Shown: positions 1 through 8,792 of the stretch, piece by piece
Layout: each line of letters starts with the position of its first letter
How positions within the stretch are numbered: position 1 is the stretch's first letter
Assembly: GCA_020438915.1 (NCBI GenBank)
Contig: JAGQTR010000333.1
Span: forward strand, 1-32,172
Length of the DNA stretch: 32,172 nucleotides
DNA from: Mycobacterium sp.
GTDB lineage: Bacteria; Actinomycetota; Actinomycetes; Mycobacteriales; Mycobacteriaceae
Direction of reading: 5' to 3'
Notes under the pieces: model-generated
Seen by the model: the letters and a program-made list of their open reading frames with translations, nothing else
Database searches by the model: none
Told to the model about the DNA's origin: nothing
Translations under genes and position numbers: made by a program

Positions 1-389
1 TCGCGCGAGGATTCCGATTCCGGTGACCACTCCTCGGGCAAGCCGGCCGCGCGCAGCGCGCCGGTGGCTTTCGGGCCGCGGGACACGATGCGCGCCTTGC
101 CCAGCGCCGTGGTCAACTCGTTGGCCAGGCCCCATCCGTCGGCCGCCGCAACCCAGCCCCGAAATCCGATACCGGTGGTGGCGATGACGATGTCCGGCGG
201 TGTGTCGATCAACGACCGGGTGCGCTGGCGCAGCTCGTCGTCATCGGGAAGGGCCACCATCTCGATGGCGGCCGCGCAGGTCACCGCGGCGCCGCGGCGC
301 TTGAGCAGCGTCCCGAGTTCGTCGGCGCGCCGGGCTGATGTCACCGCCACCCGGAATCCGGTGAGCGGCGACCATTCCGGCTCACTCAT
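1..389 (-). CDS. nnaR: NnaR-type regulator (uroporphyrinogen-III synthase-like N-terminal domain; Rv0260c-like), N-terminal part, runs off window start
   Basis: Not in the ORF track. Manual translation from ATG at 389: MSEPEWSPLTGFRVAVTSARRADELGTLLKRRGA...TTGIGFRGW...SRGPKATGALRAAGLPEEWSPESESSR, a HemD-like sequence, syntenic with aac(2') and pxpBC. Confidence 0.85.
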   Translation of the reverse strand, partial: MSEPEWSPLTGFRVAVTSARRADELGTLLKRRGAAVTCAAAIEMVALPDDDELRQRTRSLIDTPPDIVIATTGIGFRGWVAAADGWGLANELTTALGKARIVSRGPKATGALRAAGLPEEWSPESESSR

Positions 390-420
390 GCCGACCGTCA
401 CTCATGTCCAAGTCCCTCAT
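382..420 (-). other. Short upstream ORF MRDLDMSDGRHE* overlapping the nnaR start
   Basis: ATG at 420 lies 6 nt after a TAGACA -10-like hexamer (427-432); TGA at 382-384 lies just inside nnaR (ATGAGTGA). Confidence 0.4.
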
Positions 421-442
421 GCGCATTGTCTAGACGGGTCGT

Positions 443-458
443 GTTTCGCGGTGATTAA
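443..458 (-). promoter_or_regulatory. Candidate GlnR box upstream of nnaR
   Basis: TTAAT-CACCGC-GAAAC resembles the actinobacterial GlnR a/b-site consensus gTnAc-n6-GaAAc; nnaR is a known GlnR target. Confidence 0.6.
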
Positions 459-538
459 CCAGCCGTTGCGCGGGCGTGTCACCCCCGCTCAGGCGATTCG
501 TTCCCGCTCGCCGAGGAGTTCGGTCGCACCGGGTGGGT

Positions 539-1102
<564 letters not shown>

Positions 1103-1142
1103 CTACCAGCGTCGGGCGCGGCGTGCCGGGATGACCGTCAGG

Positions 1143-2051
1143 TCAACGCGTAGCGCCGGCGAACGGCCGCCTCGGCCGCGACCACTGCAACCGCACCGTC
1201 TGGCCGGGACGCGCCTGGGCCGCTGTGTCGATGTCATCATCGATCACCACGCCCACCACCGGGTAGCCCCCGGTCACCGGATGATCGGGACCCAGGATCA
1301 CCGGGAACCCGTTCGGCGGAACCTGGATCGCACCCCGGGTCGCTCCCTCGCTCGGAAGTTGACGATCGGGCCAGCGGTACTCCAGCGGCATCCCGACCAG
1401 TCGCATACCGACCCGATCGCTGCGGTTGGTGACCTGCCAGTTGGTACGCACCAGGATGTCGGGGTCGACGAACCAGTCCTCGCGCGGCCCCGGCACCACC
1501 CTGAGCTCGAGCACATCGTCGGCGATGGCGGCCACCGGCGCCTGGTCCACCTCGGGGAAGTCATCGGTGTGCTCGCCGATCGGCAGCACATCGCCGGGGT
1601 GCAGCGGTAGCGGGCCGATCGTGGACATCACGTCATAGCTGCGTGAGCCCAGCACCGGCACCACGTCGAAGCCTCCACGGACCGCCAGATACGAGCGCAA
1701 TCCCGACTGCGGCGTACGTAGTGAAATCACCTCACCATCATGGGCGTAGTGAATACTGTTGGCGCCGAACGGAATCCCATCGACAGCCGGGTCGGTATCG
1801 GCGCCGGTGACCGCGATCGCCACGCTGTCGTTGCCCGCGCCGCGTACCCGGGCGGTGAACCCGCCCAGCGTCACCTCGACGGTCGCCCGGTCATCGGGGT
1901 TGGCGACGAGCCGGTTGGCCAGGGTGTGCGAACGCCGGTCGGCCGCACCGGAGCGGGTGACGCCCAGGTGTGACAACCCCGGCCGTCCAAGGTCTTCGAG
2001 CAACGCCAGCGGACCTGTCTGTAGCACCTCCAGCGTGCAGGCGGCACTCAC
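1143..2051 (-). CDS. pxpC: 5-oxoprolinase subunit C / allophanate hydrolase subunit 2 family
   Basis: EDLGRPG...SGAADR..ANRLVAN...SDRVGMRL...[23 protein letters not shown]; GTG at 2051 overlaps the pxpB stop (GTGA), so the start is shortened from the ORF track. Confidence 0.88.
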   Translation of the reverse strand: MSAACTLEVLQTGPLALLEDLGRPGLSHLGVTRSGAADRRSHTLANRLVANPDDRATVEVTLGGFTARVRGAGNDSVAIAVTGADTDPAVDGIPFGANSIHYAHDGEVISLRTPQSGLRSYLAVRGGFDVVPVLGSRSYDVMSTIGPLPLHPGDVLPIGEHTDDFPEVDQAPVAAIADDVLELRVVPGPREDWFVDPDILVRTNWQVTNRSDRVGMRLVGMPLEYRWPDRQLPSEGATRGAIQVPPNGFPVILGPDHPVTGGYPVVGVVIDDDIDTAAQARPGQTVRLQWSRPRRPFAGATR

Positions 2052-2716
2052 TTCTTCACCGCCTGAAACTGGACCCACATGCCGGGAGTCAACAGCGCGG
2101 GATCGTCGCGGTCGACGTCCCACAGCACCGCCGAGGTGCACCCGATCAACTGCCAGCCGCCGGGCGATTGGCGGGGATAGATGCCGCTGAACTCGCCGGC
2201 AAGCCCGACCGAGCCGACGGGTACCTGGGTGCGTGGGTCTGACCGTCTGGGCACGGCGAGTCGTTCGTCGCCGCCCACCAGATAGGCGAAACCTGGTGCG
2301 AAGCCGCTGAATCCGACACGCCAGGGTTTTCCGGTGTGGGCCGCGACGACCTCGTCAGGTGTCAATCCGGTCAGCCGGGACACTTCGCCGAGATCCGCAC
2401 CGTCGTAGACGACGTCGATGACTATGTCGGCGCGCCCGAGCGATTCGGCAGCCGGGTCCTTGCTCGGCCGCACCTGACTGAGCCGCTGCCGGGTGGGTGC
2501 CTGATACCGCGACCCCGCAAGCTTCACCAGAACGGTCCGGGCGGCCGGGACGATGTCCACGACGCCCAACAGCTCGGCCGCGTGCAGGGCGCCGGTCCAC
2601 ACCAGTACCTCGTCGGTGTTGGTGAACTCGAGAAGAAGCGCCCGATCACCGTAGTCGAGAACCCTGCTCGGGCCGCCCGTGTGCATCGCGTCCATCACAT
2701 CCGACGTCACGCTCAT
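2048..2716 (-). CDS. pxpB: 5-oxoprolinase subunit B / allophanate hydrolase subunit 1 family
   Basis: [10 protein letters not shown]...[11 protein letters not shown]...VYDGADL...GFAPGFAYL...[15 protein letters not shown]; TAGCGT 6 nt before ATG (leaderless). Confidence 0.88.
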   Translation of the reverse strand: MSVTSDVMDAMHTGGPSRVLDYGDRALLLEFTNTDEVLVWTGALHAAELLGVVDIVPAARTVLVKLAGSRYQAPTRQRLSQVRPSKDPAAESLGRADIVIDVVYDGADLGEVSRLTGLTPDEVVAAHTGKPWRVGFSGFAPGFAYLVGGDERLAVPRRSDPRTQVPVGSVGLAGEFSGIYPRQSPGGWQLIGCTSAVLWDVDRDDPALLTPGMWVQFQAVKK

Positions 2717-2800
2717 GCACCAACGCTACCGTCGAGTAGCCCCGAAAGCTCCTGCTTGACCAACATCTTTGGGCCTTGCCAGAGCAGCCTTAGCGATGGC

Positions 2801-3493
2801 TCAATGTACTGGTTGATAGCTGGGTTCGCGGCGCTTGATGAAGCCGATCACCCGGTAGGTGATCGGTAACAGGAGCACCTCGACGGCTGTCTTGTAAAAC
2901 CATCCCAGCGCGGTGTAGTTGACGAAATCGCCAAAGCTGGTGATGCCGATGACGCTGGCTGCGATGGCGCAGAACACCACCGTGTCCCCCAGTTGCCCGA
3001 CGAACGTGGACCCGATCAAGCGGGCCCACAGGTACTTCTCCTTGGTGCGCTCCTTGATCAGCACCACCACCCAGGCGTTGAGCGTCTGGCCGACGATGAA
3101 ACCCGCCAGTCCCGCCACGATCAGCCCGGTGTAGGCGCCGGCGATGTTGGCGAAGTGCTCCTGGTTTTCGTAGAAGTCCGCTGCCGGCAGGTACACCGTC
3201 ACCCAGAAGGCGGCCGCAGCAAGGATATTCATCGCGAACCCGGTGAATATTGCCCGGCGTGCCGCCTTGAACCCGTACACCTCCGACAACACATCGCCGA
3301 TCACGTAGGTGAGTGGGAACACGATGAAGCCACCGTCGGTGATGATCGGTCCCAGTGCGACACCCTTGGTCGCGGTGATATTGGACACGATCACCAGCGC
3401 GGTGAACACGGCGACGAGGACCGGATAGTAGGCCGATCCCACCCGGGCGAAGGCGGCGTGGCTCTGCCGGTCGGCGATCTGCTCGCTGGTCAC
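2801..3493 (-). CDS. Queuosine precursor transporter (YhhQ/VUT family)
   Basis: Hydrophobic protein with SNI.A.K, FPLTYVIGDVLSEVYG, LWARLIGST..GQ..DT, YK..VE...LP.TY motifs. Confidence 0.85.
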   Translation of the reverse strand: MTSEQIADRQSHAAFARVGSAYYPVLVAVFTALVIVSNITATKGVALGPIITDGGFIVFPLTYVIGDVLSEVYGFKAARRAIFTGFAMNILAAAAFWVTVYLPAADFYENQEHFANIAGAYTGLIVAGLAGFIVGQTLNAWVVVLIKERTKEKYLWARLIGSTFVGQLGDTVVFCAIAASVIGITSFGDFVNYTALGWFYKTAVEVLLLPITYRVIGFIKRREPSYQPVH

Positions 3494-3505
3494 CGAGACA
3501 TTAGA

Positions 3506-4477
3506 TCAGCCCAGCGCTGCGGCGATCATCGGCGGCAGCGCCTCGGCGACCACCGGGTAGGACAGCGTCGAAGCGTAGGCGATCGCACCAGCGAGCTCCT
3601 TGCCGGTGAACACATTGCGTTGCTTGGCCGTTGCGGCCAGGCCGGCGATCGTCGGGTCGGCCAGCAGAGCCGCCTGCTCCTCATCGCTCTCGGTGGTCCA
3701 GATGAGCACATCGGCAGCGTCGAGGACAGCGGCCATGCGATCGCGCGGGATCAGCGACTCCTGGGGCTGGGTGACGGTCAGGCCCATCTGGGTGAGGAAC
3801 TCATGCCGCCAAGAAGGGCCCGCGACCTGCACGGCGTCGCGCGCCAAGGTGCCGCCGAGCAGCAGGACCTTCTTGTCGGTGAACTCTGGCCGGGCCTGTT
3901 TCACGGCCGTGAACTTCGCCTCGACGTCGGCGATGAGTTGCTGCATGTCGTCGTGACGGAACACCGACTGCCCGATCGTGGCGGCCTGAACCTGCCACGG
4001 TTCGAAGAAGGCATCGGGGCCGGACTGCGCAACGGTGGGGGCGAGGGTCGACAGCCGGGCGTAGGTGTCCTGGTCGAGCCCGGCGTCGGTGGCCACGATC
4101 AGGTCAGGTCGCAGCGCGGCAATCTGGTCGACCTGAATGCCGTCGGCGAGGCTGAGTACCACCGGTTTCGCGTCGCCGAGTCGGGGCAGCGCCCACGGCC
4201 ACACACCGAACGGTTCGCCGCCGAACCAGTCGGTCACAGCGACCGGTACGACGCCGAGGGCCAACAGGTCGTCGGCGTCGGTGAGCCCGGCGCTGACGAC
4301 CCGCTTGGGCGGCGCGGGGATCGTGGTCTCGCCGAAGGCGTGCTTGACGGTCACCGACCCGTCGTCGGCGACGGTGCCGGGTTCATCGGTGCCACAACCG
4401 GCGACCAATGCCGCGGCACCGGCGGAAATCGTGAGGAACCGGCGCCGGGAGAGGGCTGGAGGCACCAACGTGGGCAC
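3506..4477 (-). CDS. Iron-siderophore ABC substrate-binding lipoprotein (FecB2/Rv0265c-like), Tat signal
   Basis: SRRRFL twin-arginine motif, LVAGC lipobox, VKHAFGETTI...PKRVV, IAALRPDLIV; synteny. Confidence 0.85.
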   Translation of the reverse strand: MPTLVPPALSRRRFLTISAGAAALVAGCGTDEPGTVADDGSVTVKHAFGETTIPAPPKRVVSAGLTDADDLLALGVVPVAVTDWFGGEPFGVWPWALPRLGDAKPVVLSLADGIQVDQIAALRPDLIVATDAGLDQDTYARLSTLAPTVAQSGPDAFFEPWQVQAATIGQSVFRHDDMQQLIADVEAKFTAVKQARPEFTDKKVLLLGGTLARDAVQVAGPSWRHEFLTQMGLTVTQPQESLIPRDRMAAVLDAADVLIWTTESDEEQAALLADPTIAGLAATAKQRNVFTGKELAGAIAYASTLSYPVVAEALPPMIAAALG

Positions 4478-4490
4478 GTCGGCGAGGCCC

Positions 4491-5051
4491 CTACGGGGTG
4501 GGAATCGGAACCATGCCCACCGGCGGCCACACCGGCGGTGGCGCGGGGGCGGGGGCTGCGGGCGCGCCGGGAGGCGCGTCGGGGGAGACGACGCCCGGGG
4601 GCAACTCGCCCGGGGGGAGCATCGGCATCTGCTTCACGCCCATCGCGTTGGCCATCGCCGGGTCCATCTGTGCCGGGTAGAGGGCCTCGAACAATTCGTT
4701 GCTGTTACGCATGTTCCACAGCTCTCGCAGATAGCTCATCTGACCGGTGTTGTTGAAATCAGCGTTGGGTACCGGCGGGATGTAGGGCGCGGTGCCCGGC
4801 GGCGGCGGAGGCGCCGGGGCCGGACCCGGCACGCCGCCCTCCGCGATGGGGGTATAGGTGAAGACCTGGTTGGGTGCGGCGACCGGGCCGGCGCCGGGCA
4901 CCGGGGGTGCCGGAGCGGCCATGCCAGGGGCGGGCGGCAGTGCGGGATCGACGGGCGTTGGTTGCGCGCCGACCTGCCCGGCGGCGGCCAGCGCGCCTCC
5001 GGCGACGAGCGCGCTGATTGCGGCGAACCTGAGGCGCGGAGTTAGGGCCAT
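4491..5051 (-). CDS. Proline-rich secreted hypothetical protein
   Basis: Signal-peptide-like N-terminus (RLRFAAISALVAGGALAAA..VGA), Pro/Ala-rich tracts around a short core; TAGCCT 7 nt before ATG. Confidence 0.7.
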   Translation of the reverse strand: MALTPRLRFAAISALVAGGALAAAGQVGAQPTPVDPALPPAPGMAAPAPPVPGAGPVAAPNQVFTYTPIAEGGVPGPAPAPPPPPGTAPYIPPVPNADFNNTGQMSYLRELWNMRNSNELFEALYPAQMDPAMANAMGVKQMPMLPPGELPPGVVSPDAPPGAPAAPAPAPPPVWPPVGMVPIPTP

Positions 5052-5189
5052 AGTACGAAGGCTATCGGGTTGGGCGCGGATACGTTACTTGTCGGCGTCA
5101 GTTCAGGACCAGTGCGAGACCCAGACCGAACATCGTCGCCGCGTGGTAACGCATGAGCTGAATTGATGTACTGCGGTACCGAGGTGAAG

Positions 5190-5909
5190 TCACAGCGGCG
5201 GGAATACCGCCTCCGGCAACGGCGGGTCCTGAAGTAGCGCGGGCAACACGAGCACCCGAACATACCGGCGCACCAGGTTCGGATCGCCGCTGCCGGGCAC
5301 CACGCCGCGCAGCAAACCGACTGCGGACACCACAAGATGGTGTGCGGCGTCGCTAGGGCGCAACCCGCGCCGGAGCCCTCCTTTTCCGGTGTCGAGTTGC
5401 GCCGTGATCAATGCCTCGACAATCGCATTGAGCGAGGTGGCGCCGGCGAAGAAGTCTGCGGCCGAGACGTGCTCGGACTGTTCGGCGAGAACCGCGAAGA
5501 TCGGATCTCTGGCCAGTTCGGTGGCGACCACCACCAGGGCCTCGGTGATCATCGTCGCCAGATCGTCGCCGCCATCGAAGTGTTCGAAGATGGTCGCGAT
5601 GTGCCGCCCGGTCGCTCGAGTCACGAGGGCGACCAGAAGCTCGTCGCGGGTCGCGAAGTGACGGTAGATGATCGTGCGGGTGCAGCCCGCCTCCTGCGCG
5701 ATCGCCGCCATCGTGGAAGCGCGATACCCACGCGCGACCAGTGAGCGTTCGGCCGCGTCCAGCAAGGCCTCTCGAGCCTCTTGGGAGGACTTGCCGCCGC
5801 CCGGCGGTCTTCCGAGGGTGCGATTCTGGCCCGGTGTCTGTGCTGGCACCACCACCCCGTCCGGTTGCTCGATCGTGGTCGATCGCGGGGCCGACGTCGC
5901 TTTCTGCAT
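5190..5909 (-). CDS. TetR/AcrR family transcriptional regulator
   Basis: REALLDAAERSLVARGYRASTMAAIAQEAGCTRTIIYRHFATRDELL helix-turn-helix; start uncertain (ATG 5909 or a downstream GTG). Confidence 0.88.
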   Translation of the reverse strand: MQKATSAPRSTTIEQPDGVVVPAQTPGQNRTLGRPPGGGKSSQEAREALLDAAERSLVARGYRASTMAAIAQEAGCTRTIIYRHFATRDELLVALVTRATGRHIATIFEHFDGGDDLATMITEALVVVATELARDPIFAVLAEQSEHVSAADFFAGATSLNAIVEALITAQLDTGKGGLRRGLRPSDAAHHLVVSAVGLLRGVVPGSGDPNLVRRYVRVLVLPALLQDPPLPEAVFPPL

Positions 5910-5936
5910 CTGGACCGCGGCGCACGGCGATCGGTA

Positions 5937-5956
5937 TCTGAGTTTACAAACGCAGA
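5937..5956. promoter_or_regulatory. Imperfect palindrome, candidate secondary operator
   Basis: TCTGAGTTT-AC-AAACGCAGA (8/9 complementary arms) in the tetR leader. Confidence 0.35.
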
Positions 5957-5990
5957 CCGTGGGTATTGGTGAAGGCAGCCTCGGCGAATT

Positions 5991-6022
5991 TAGTGTACAT
6001 AACCGATCAATATGTGTACTAT
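5991..6022. promoter_or_regulatory. Divergent promoter region with candidate TetR operator
   Basis: TAGTGTACATA-n9-TATGTGTACTA inverted repeat (9/11) overlapping -10 hexamers TACACT (minus, 5992-5997) and TACTAT (plus, 6017-6022). Confidence 0.6.
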
Positions 6023-6046
6023 TTTCCGAAAGCGCGACCACCGTTC

Positions 6047-7048
6047 ATGTCTCCGAAGGAGCTGGCGATCGGGTTACCAGTTGGGTCAGATTTGACCGGA
6101 CAGCCGAGTCGGCAGTCCCAGGTCTGGTACGCGATTGCCCAGCGAACATTGCTTGCCCGGGCGCGCCGATCGGCTGCCCCCGCCGCTGACCAGATGCTCG
6201 GTGACCGTCTGGCGACCGTCGGGCGGCATATCAACAACCTGGCCCGGCTTCAGCGTCTGCGGCCGGTCCGGGGAGTCCGGATGCGATGCAACTCTGTGGA
6301 CGGCGTTCTGGTAGAGACCATTTCGCTACAACAGAGCCGCCCGGTCGGGGACGGCGCCATCTTCTACCTGCATGGCGGCGGTTTCTTCTGCGGCAGCCTC
6401 GACACCCACCGCCATATCGCAGCGGCTTTGGCCCGGCGAACCCGCCTGCCGGTGGTGCACGTCGAATACCGCCAGCATCCAGAGGCGACCATCGATCAGG
6501 CACTCGAGGACTGCCTACGCGCGTACCGCTGGGTTCTGGAACAGGGGTTCGCCGCCGAGCAGACCGTACTGGCGGGCGACTCCGCCGGCGGGTTCCTTGC
6601 CTTCGCGACGGTGTTGGCGGCACAGGAACAAGGGTTGGGCACACCGGCAGGTGTGGTTGGACTCTCGCCGCTGTTGGATCTCGACGGCACACACCGCGCA
6701 GCGCATGTCAATGCGCCCCGCGACCCGATGGGGGTCGGCGTGGGACTGTCGGCGCTCATCGACTGCGTGGGCTCCGACGTCCGCGACCGCCATGTGATCT
6801 CGCCGCTGCAAGGGGACCTGGGGCGGTTTCCGCCGACGCTGATCGTTGCCGCCGAATCCGAGGCGTTGCTCTCCGACGCCGAGCGAATGCACGAGGCGCT
6901 GCGCGAACGTGGACGCGAGTGCACTCTCAAGGTCTGGCCCGGCCAACTGCACGCGTTTCCCGCGATGTTGCCCTTCCTGCCTGAGAGTCGAGCGGCGCTC
7001 GAGGTCATCGTCGACTTCATCGGCGACCGGCTGCGGGAAGTCGGGTAG
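6047..7048 (+). CDS. Alpha/beta hydrolase, HSL-family esterase/lipase
   Basis: YLHGGGF oxyanion motif, GDSAGG nucleophile, C-terminal HAF; ATG 6047 lies downstream of the -10. Confidence 0.88.
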   Translation: MSPKELAIGLPVGSDLTGQPSRQSQVWYAIAQRTLLARARRSAAPAADQMLGDRLATVGRHINNLARLQRLRPVRGVRMRCNSVDGVLVETISLQQSRPVGDGAIFYLHGGGFFCGSLDTHRHIAAALARRTRLPVVHVEYRQHPEATIDQALEDCLRAYRWVLEQGFAAEQTVLAGDSAGGFLAFATVLAAQEQGLGTPAGVVGLSPLLDLDGTHRAAHVNAPRDPMGVGVGLSALIDCVGSDVRDRHVISPLQGDLGRFPPTLIVAAESEALLSDAERMHEALRERGRECTLKVWPGQLHAFPAMLPFLPESRAALEVIVDFIGDRLREVG

Positions 7049-7102
7049 CTCAGTGCGGAACTTTGACCACCGGGACATGAACCGACTACGGGGGCGGTAA
7101 GC

Positions 7103-8776
7103 ATGGCATTTGTGATCACGCAACGGTGCTGCAATGACGCGAGTTGTGTTCCGGAATGCCCGGTCGACTGCATCCGACCGGCTCCCGACCACGACGAGTT
7201 CGCCACCACCGAGATGCTCTACATCGATCCTGAGACGTGTATCGACTGCGGCGCGTGCGTGGAGGTCTGTCCGGTCGGCGCGATCTATTCCGAGGATGAC
7301 CTGCCCGAGGCGATGCAGCGGTACAAGGACATCAATGCCGATTACTTCCAGCGACATCCGTTGCAGCCGGACCTGAGCATCTTGGAGAATCCCGCCCGAC
7401 CGCCCGCCGAACTGGGAACCCTGCGTGTCGCGATCGTCGGCGCGGGTCCCGCGGCCTGTTACGCGGCCGAGGAACTACTGGAACGGGCCGATGTCGAGGT
7501 CGACATGCTGGATCGCCTGCCGACGCCGTTCGGTCTGATCCGTGCCGGCGTGGCGCCCGATCACCTCGCGACCAAGGGGGTGGGACCGATGTTCGATGAG
7601 AAGTTCGACGATGACGCCTTCCGGTTCCATCTCAACGTCGAGTTCGGCACTCATCTCACCCACGAGGACTTGATCCGCCACCACCACGCCGTCCTGTATG
7701 CCGTGGGTGCGTTCGACGAGCGGCGGCTCGATATCCCGGGTGAGGACCTCCCCGGCAGCCACCCCGCATCGGAGTTCGTCGCGTGGTACAACGGCCACCC
7801 CGATTACACCGACATGACATTCGATCTTTCCGGTGAGCGTGCGGTCATCGTCGGTAACGGCAACGTTGCATTGGACGTGGCGCGGATCCTGCTGCTCGGC
7901 GCCGATGAGCTGGAGAGCACCGACATTGCCGACCACGCGCTAGAGGCTTTGCGGCACAGTAAGATTCGTGAGGTTGTGCTACTTGGGCGCAGGGGGCCGG
8001 TCCAGGCCTCGTATTCCTCATCGGAGTTTCTGGCATTCAGCTATCTTCCTGGGGTGGACATCGTGATCGACGAGGGAGAACTCGAACTCGATCCGGCCAG
8101 CCGGGCGGTCATCGAAGATTCCGCGGTCGAGCCGGCGCTCACCCTGAAGGTGCAGTTGGCCCAGGAGTACGCGAAGCGGTCGACCGACCCGGACCACAAG
8201 CGGGTCGTGTTCCGCTATCTGGTGTCTCCCGCCGAGATTCTCGGTACCGAACACGTCGAGGGCGTCCGTATCGTCAAGAACGAGCTGGTCGAGTCCGACG
8301 GTAAGTTGACAGCCAACCCCACTGACGAGACGGAGGACTTGGAGGCGTCACTGGTGTTGCGCTCCATCGGTTTTCGTGGTCGTCCGCTGGCCGACCTGCC
8401 GTTCGACGACCGTCGCGGGATCGTTCCCAACGCTGACGGACGCATCCTCGGCGACGACGGGGAGCCGCTCGCGGGCGCCTACGTCGCCGGGTGGATCAAG
8501 CGCGGCTCGACCGGCACGATCGGTACCAACAAGCACTGCGCCGGCGAAACGGTGGAGAGTATCCTCGAGGATTTCATGGCTGAGCGGTTGGACAGCCCCG
8601 CCGCGGACCGGGATTCGTTCGAGAAGCTGGTATCCGAGCGTCAGCCCGACGTGATCAGCGGGTCGGGCTGGCACCGTATCGATGAGGCCGAGCAGAAGCG
8701 CGGGGAGTCGACCGGACGTCCCCGGGTCAAGTTCACCGACATCGCCGAGATGGTCGATGTCGCCAGGAATGCGTGA
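7103..8776 (+). CDS. fprB: Ferredoxin/ferredoxin-NADP reductase fusion (FprB-like)
   Basis: N-terminal ferredoxin (CCNDASC..CPVDCI; CIDCGAC...CP) fused to an adrenodoxin-reductase-like domain (GAGPA, GVAPDH, GNGNVALDVAR, GWIKRG..G.IGTN). Confidence 0.85.
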   Translation: MAFVITQRCCNDASCVPECPVDCIRPAPDHDEFATTEMLYIDPETCIDCGACVEVCPVGAIYSEDDLPEAMQRYKDINADYFQRHPLQPDLSILENPARPPAELGTLRVAIVGAGPAACYAAEELLERADVEVDMLDRLPTPFGLIRAGVAPDHLATKGVGPMFDEKFDDDAFRFHLNVEFGTHLTHEDLIRHHHAVLYAVGAFDERRLDIPGEDLPGSHPASEFVAWYNGHPDYTDMTFDLSGERAVIVGNGNVALDVARILLLGADELESTDIADHALEALRHSKIREVVLLGRRGPVQASYSSSEFLAFSYLPGVDIVIDEGELELDPASRAVIEDSAVEPALTLKVQLAQEYAKRSTDPDHKRVVFRYLVSPAEILGTEHVEGVRIVKNELVESDGKLTANPTDETEDLEASLVLRSIGFRGRPLADLPFDDRRGIVPNADGRILGDDGEPLAGAYVAGWIKRGSTGTIGTNKHCAGETVESILEDFMAERLDSPAADRDSFEKLVSERQPDVISGSGWHRIDEAEQKRGESTGRPRVKFTDIAEMVDVARNA

Positions 8777-8792
8777 GAGAAAGAGGACACCA

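Noticed and set aside
2993-4756. 587-aa plus-strand ORF
   Set aside because: Antisense shadow of recognisable minus-strand genes; no motifs; expected from high-GC codon bias
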